Part shown: piece after piece, positions 38,926-42,010 of the stretch
How the letters are laid out: each line of letters begins with the position of its first letter
Position numbering within the stretch: position 1 is the first letter of the stretch
Assembly (NCBI GenBank): GCA_048885525.1
Contig: JBHLLP010000031.1
Coordinates: 1 to 42,010, forward strand
Direction of reading: 5' to 3'
Source of the DNA: Candidatus Hermodarchaeota archaeon
Lineage (GTDB): Archaea; Asgardarchaeota; Lokiarchaeia; Sigyniarchaeales; SOKP01
DNA length: 42,010 nt
Notes under the pieces: generated by a model
The model's database searches: none
What the model was told of the DNA's origin: nothing
Seen by the model: the letters and a program-made list of their open reading frames with translations, nothing else
Program-made: the position numbers and the translations under genes

Positions 38926-39324
38926 TTAGTCTCCTTTAATTTCTTTATTAACAAAATTAATTATATCTTTCGCTTGGATTAAAGCAATTTCTGCTTCTTG
39001 TTTATTATAAGCTTTATGTGGTGCAATATCTGGAAGTGCATCTGGATAACGTGTTGTAATATAATGTTTATCAAGGCTTAGTGCTAATCTTTCAATATCA
39101 TCAAAATTCTCATTTTTTAAATCTTTATATTTTACTAAAAGAGAGTGAATAGAATGCCCCCAACCATTAACTTTATTATGATAAAGTAAAGCTTTCACTG
39201 CTTTTTCTGCTGCTTGTTGACAATGAAAAACTACAGTATTGAATCTATCATTCTCAAATAAAATCTTTGCGTTTTCTAGATCCCAGTTTGCTTCCTCAAG
39301 CCAATTGGCAGTTCGTTCATTCAT
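38926..39324 (-). CDS. HEPN domain protein (HEPN-MNT module)
   Basis: W...A..DL..A, FHCQQAAEKAVKA, GHS and LDKHYITTRYPD. Confidence 0.9.
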   Translation of the reverse strand: MNERTANWLEEANWDLENAKILFENDRFNTVVFHCQQAAEKAVKALLYHNKVNGWGHSIHSLLVKYKDLKNENFDDIERLALSLDKHYITTRYPDALPDIAPHKAYNKQEAEIALIQAKDIINFVNKEIKGD

Positions 39325-39515
39325 GAAAGCAATTTTATTTTTTAAAAAGTTGTTCTATATTAAATATATCCTTTCAATTTTAAATAACTAGGTAGCAATA
39401 TAATAATTTCTATTAGGAGTACTATAAACAAAATCTCAAGTTAATTAATTAAATTCCAAATTTGCATAAAAAGTAGTCAATTGTTTAACACGTTACTGTT
39501 AAAACTTCATTCAAT

Positions 39516-39713
39516 TTATTTTGCTTTCTCAATATCTTCGGGGATAATTATTGAATGATCCCCTTTAATTCTCTCTAACACAATCTCAGTCTTGACCTTC
39601 TAAACTCCAGGAAGGTTGCGGAGTTTTTCAATAAGACCCATAGAACCTCTAATTTTACTGTCTTAAATCGAATAAATTCTTTTTATCTCTTTTATATTAT
39701 GAATTTGTCTCAT
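39516..39713 (-). pseudogene. Remnant of an Lrp/AsnC-type ligand-binding (RAM) domain
   Basis: MGLIEKLRNLPGV*KVKTEIVLERIKGDHSIIIPEDIEKAK* (39641..39516) with an internal TAG at 39600-39602. The upstream part is out of frame. Confidence 0.55.
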
Positions 39714-39810
39714 GATTACTTAATTTTGAACTAACTGATGGACGATACTACTTAATAGGTTGAAAATTTGATACTCAAATATTGTTATCAACTATTAATT
39801 TTTATGTAAA

Positions 39811-40374
39811 TTAGGTAGGTTTTCTTTTCCAAATTTTTATCGATTCATATATAAATACAGAAGTGCAAAAAATTATAAAAAATAGAAAAAGCAGGCTCGC
39901 AGGATTGGTAATAAAGGTGTCACCATATATTCCTGCAAGAAATACATATAATAAAACACCCAGAATATTAACAACTAAGTATAAAGAATATCGGGGAATC
40001 ATTAAAGGCCCTATGCGAAAATAAAACCCTAATACACCCTTTTTTATACCTTCTTTTACGTAGTATTTACCATTTTCGTCGTTTTTTGAAATAATCCCTG
40101 CTTTCATTAATTTATCTAATTGATAGGCTACCGTTCCAGAAGACACCATTTTTAATGCCTTTTGAATTTCCCGTACTCCCGCCTGATGATGAGTCAAAAT
40201 GTACCAATAGACTTGGAGAGTCTTCCCTTGCAATACTTTTTTATCATTTTTCTTGAGATCTGCTGCTTCTACATCATGATCTGACATTGCAAGTAAGGTT
40301 TCATTTTTTGATTTCGAGGATATAGGTTTTATTGCGAGGCTTTCGTTTTTATACTTTCTTCTTCTTGGTGTCAT
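39811..40374 (-). CDS. Winged-HTH transcription regulator with two C-terminal TM helices
   Basis: LQGKTLQVYWYIL...GVREIQKALKMVSSGTVAYQLDKLMKAGIISK...GKYYV, then IPRY and two hydrophobic helices. ATGA overlap with the upstream gene. Confidence 0.85.
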   Translation of the reverse strand: MTPRRRKYKNESLAIKPISSKSKNETLLAMSDHDVEAADLKKNDKKVLQGKTLQVYWYILTHHQAGVREIQKALKMVSSGTVAYQLDKLMKAGIISKNDENGKYYVKEGIKKGVLGFYFRIGPLMIPRYSLYLVVNILGVLLYVFLAGIYGDTFITNPASLLFLFFIIFCTSVFIYESIKIWKRKPT

Positions 40375-42010
40375 AAGAACTCTAAGTCCTCTTGAGGTTT
40401 TCTAAATTTTTCACGATTTTGATATATTATAAAAACGGCAACTCCGATTATTGTGATAGAAATAATGAGAATAATTGGAAAGTAATTTAATGATGGCAGA
40501 AGTGTACAAACATTATCTTGAATTACATTTCCTTCGCAATATTCTTCTAAGATGCATAATCGATTTCCTATTAATCGATTCCCCGAAACAGTGTTATTAA
40601 TACTATATTCCAAAAATATACCTATAAGGTTGTTATTTGCAGTGTTTCCCGAAACGTTGTTATAATAACTACCAGATAATCTTATCCCATATTTGTTGTT
40701 ATTTGCGGAGTTTCTCGAAACTGTGCTTTTTTCATTTTCCGTTAAAGATATCCCTACAAGGTTGTTATTTGCGGTGTTTTCCGAAATTGTATTGTAATGA
40801 CATATCGTCCTACAATCCCCACAGAAAAAGTCATTAAACGCTATCCCATATCTACCGTTGCTATTTACGGTGTTTCCTGAAATAATGTTATCGTCACTAG
40901 TTTCTAAATGAATCCCATTAAAGGTGTTGTTATTTGCGATGTTTCCCGAAATAATATTATTGTTACCCTGTGAAGATATCCCGCCGCCATTGTTATTTGC
41001 CGTGTTTCCCGAAATGGTGTTGTTATTACAATTATATAATCTTATCCCAATATCATTGTTATTTATGGTATTTCCCGAGATTGTGTTGTTATTACAATAA
41101 TATAATGAAATTCCTCCAGAAGCAATAGAAATGTTCAAGTTTGATATTACTGAATCATTACAATTGACCAATATAAATTGACCGGTATTCATAAAATCGC
41201 TTGGTCCTAAATATACTTCATGGGTATAATAATATAGGGGTTTTCCATTCACAAGATTAGTAGTATCTATATCGCATGAAATTAAAGTTGCAAGCGACCC
41301 ATATACACGTAGGCCACATTTAATCATTATATTTCCCGAAACTGTACTGTTATTACTAAACTCTAAAGATATCCCGGCTCCAATTATGAGATTTTCCGAA
41401 ACTGTGCTGTTATTACAAGAGGATACCGTTATCCCGGCTCCACTGTTGAAATTTGCAGTGTTTCCCGAAATGTTATTATTATTACTAAACAATAATCCTA
41501 TCCCAATAGTATTGTTATTTGCGGTGTTTCCCGAAATGGTATTATTATTATTATCATATTCTAACAATATCCCGGCTCCTCTATTGTTATTTGCGGTGTT
41601 TCCCGAAATGGTGTTATAATTATTATTAAAATATAAAGATATCCCCTCATCACCGTTGTTATTTACCGTGTTTCCCGAGATGGTGTTATTATTACTATCT
41701 TCTAACCATATCCCACGACGGTTGTAACTTGCGTTATTATTAATTAATGCTCCATTACTGACTCCTAGCAACCTAATACCTGCATCACCCCAGAATTCCC
41801 CTGACTTATAGAACGTACAATTTTCAATCTTAAAGAATACGTCGGAGTTTTCAATTAAAATACAAATTCCGGAATCTCCACCATCTATTATCAAATCTTC
41901 TATAACATATGGATCGGAGTAAGTGCCACTCCCCGTACATTTTCCAACATTTTTAAAATCAAGCCACACTGAATTATCGATTATGTGAATTTTTCCCGAT
42001 ACCGCTGAGA
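40371..42010 (-). CDS. NosD/parallel beta-helix surface protein with a C-terminal TM; N-terminus beyond the window
   Basis: Frame open to the window edge (SAVSGKIHIIDNSVWLDFK...); CTGSGTYSDPYVIE cap; ISGNTANNN repeats; NLVNGKPLYY; TM. Confidence 0.9.
   Translation of the reverse strand, partial: SAVSGKIHIIDNSVWLDFKNVGKCTGSGTYSDPYVIEDLIIDGGDSGICILIENSDVFFKIENCTFYKSGEFWGDAGIRLLGVSNGALINNNASYNRRGIWLEDSNNNTISGNTVNNNGDEGISLYFNNNYNTISGNTANNNRGAGILLEYDNNNNTISGNTANNNTIGIGLLFSNNNNISGNTANFNSGAGITVSSCNNSTVSENLIIGAGISLEFSNNSTVSGNIMIKCGLRVYGSLATLISCDIDTTNLVNGKPLYYYTHEVYLGPSDFMNTGQFILVNCNDSVISNLNISIASGGISLYYCNNNTISGNTINNNDIGIRLYNCNNNTISGNTANNNGGGISSQGNNNIISGNIANNNTFNGIHLETSDDNIISGNTVNSNGRYGIAFNDFFCGDCRTICHYNTISENTANNNLVGISLTENEKSTVSRNSANNNKYGIRLSGSYYNNVSGNTANNNLIGIFLEYSINNTVSGNRLIGNRLCILEEYCEGNVIQDNVCTLLPSLNYFPIILIISITIIGVAVFIIYQNREKFRKPQEDLEFL
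40630..41690. repeat. Intragenic imperfect repeats of ~32 bp (TTGTTATTTGCGGTGTTTCCCGAAATGGTGTT), mostly recurring every ~63-72 bp within two clusters
   Basis: About ten recognisable copies, encoding NTISGNTANNN beta-helix rungs. Confidence 0.8.

Noticed and set aside
1814-39602. Genome-wide TAG recoding (pyrrolysine or other), suggested by in-frame TAGs at 1814, 2975, 4681 and 39600
   Set aside because: Many intact genes end in TAG at natural C-termini, several followed by poly-T. Three of the four cases also carry a frameshift, a TAA or a truncation. No pyl genes are in the window. Only 4681 remains open as a local case.
976-41619. Short track ORFs overlapping real genes (976, 2938, 6220, 7480, 8161, 8192, 9241, 10823, 11983, 16431, 24435, 31825, 32157, 34486, 35740, 36264, 36649, 37932, 40637, 41386)
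   Set aside because: Antisense or off-frame shadows of well-supported CDSs, with no recognisable motifs.
40630-41690. CRISPR-like look: ~32-bp repeats with ~31-40-bp spacers
   Set aside because: The repeats are degenerate, stay in frame, lie inside an open reading frame encoding beta-helix rungs, and no cas genes are present.

Overview
Very AT-rich, gene-dense archaeal chromosomal segment. It is most consistent with an Asgard archaeon of the Lokiarchaeia type; this is inferred from GGAGGTGA-type SD motifs, TATA boxes, poly-T terminators, an IPGY-TM C-terminal sorting signal, NosD/beta-helix surface proteins, a RING-type protein and a TPR protein. Both ends cut genes: a TPR protein at 1..1598 and a beta-helix protein at 40371..>42010. 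Most of the window is accessory metabolism and transport (gpmA, MFS/DMT transporters, hydrolases, CPBP proteases, a radical SAM protein, DJ-1, HEPN-MNT). I saw no rRNA, tRNA, CRISPR array or transposase. The most interesting items are: (1) a translationally coupled two-gene pair that together rebuilds the 6-TM plus three left-handed beta-helix architecture of the epsilon-poly-lysine synthetase (Pls) C-terminal module, but with no A or T domain; (2) three gap-free-alignable copies of an unrecognised ~45-aa domain (ISxLxIPFS-x9-DxYSGxE..PF...PEYKxILxxEF), one with no canonical start and in frame behind the TAG stop of an RHH gene; (3) a TFB/cyclin-like gene divergent from that RHH gene, with a relic copy of its own 3' end downstream; (4) a PAS histidine kinase next to an RHH-pseudoHisKA-REC regulator; (5) a C4HC3 RING protein and an unannotated half-LIM-like zinc microprotein. 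All family calls come from motif recognition by eye, not database searches.
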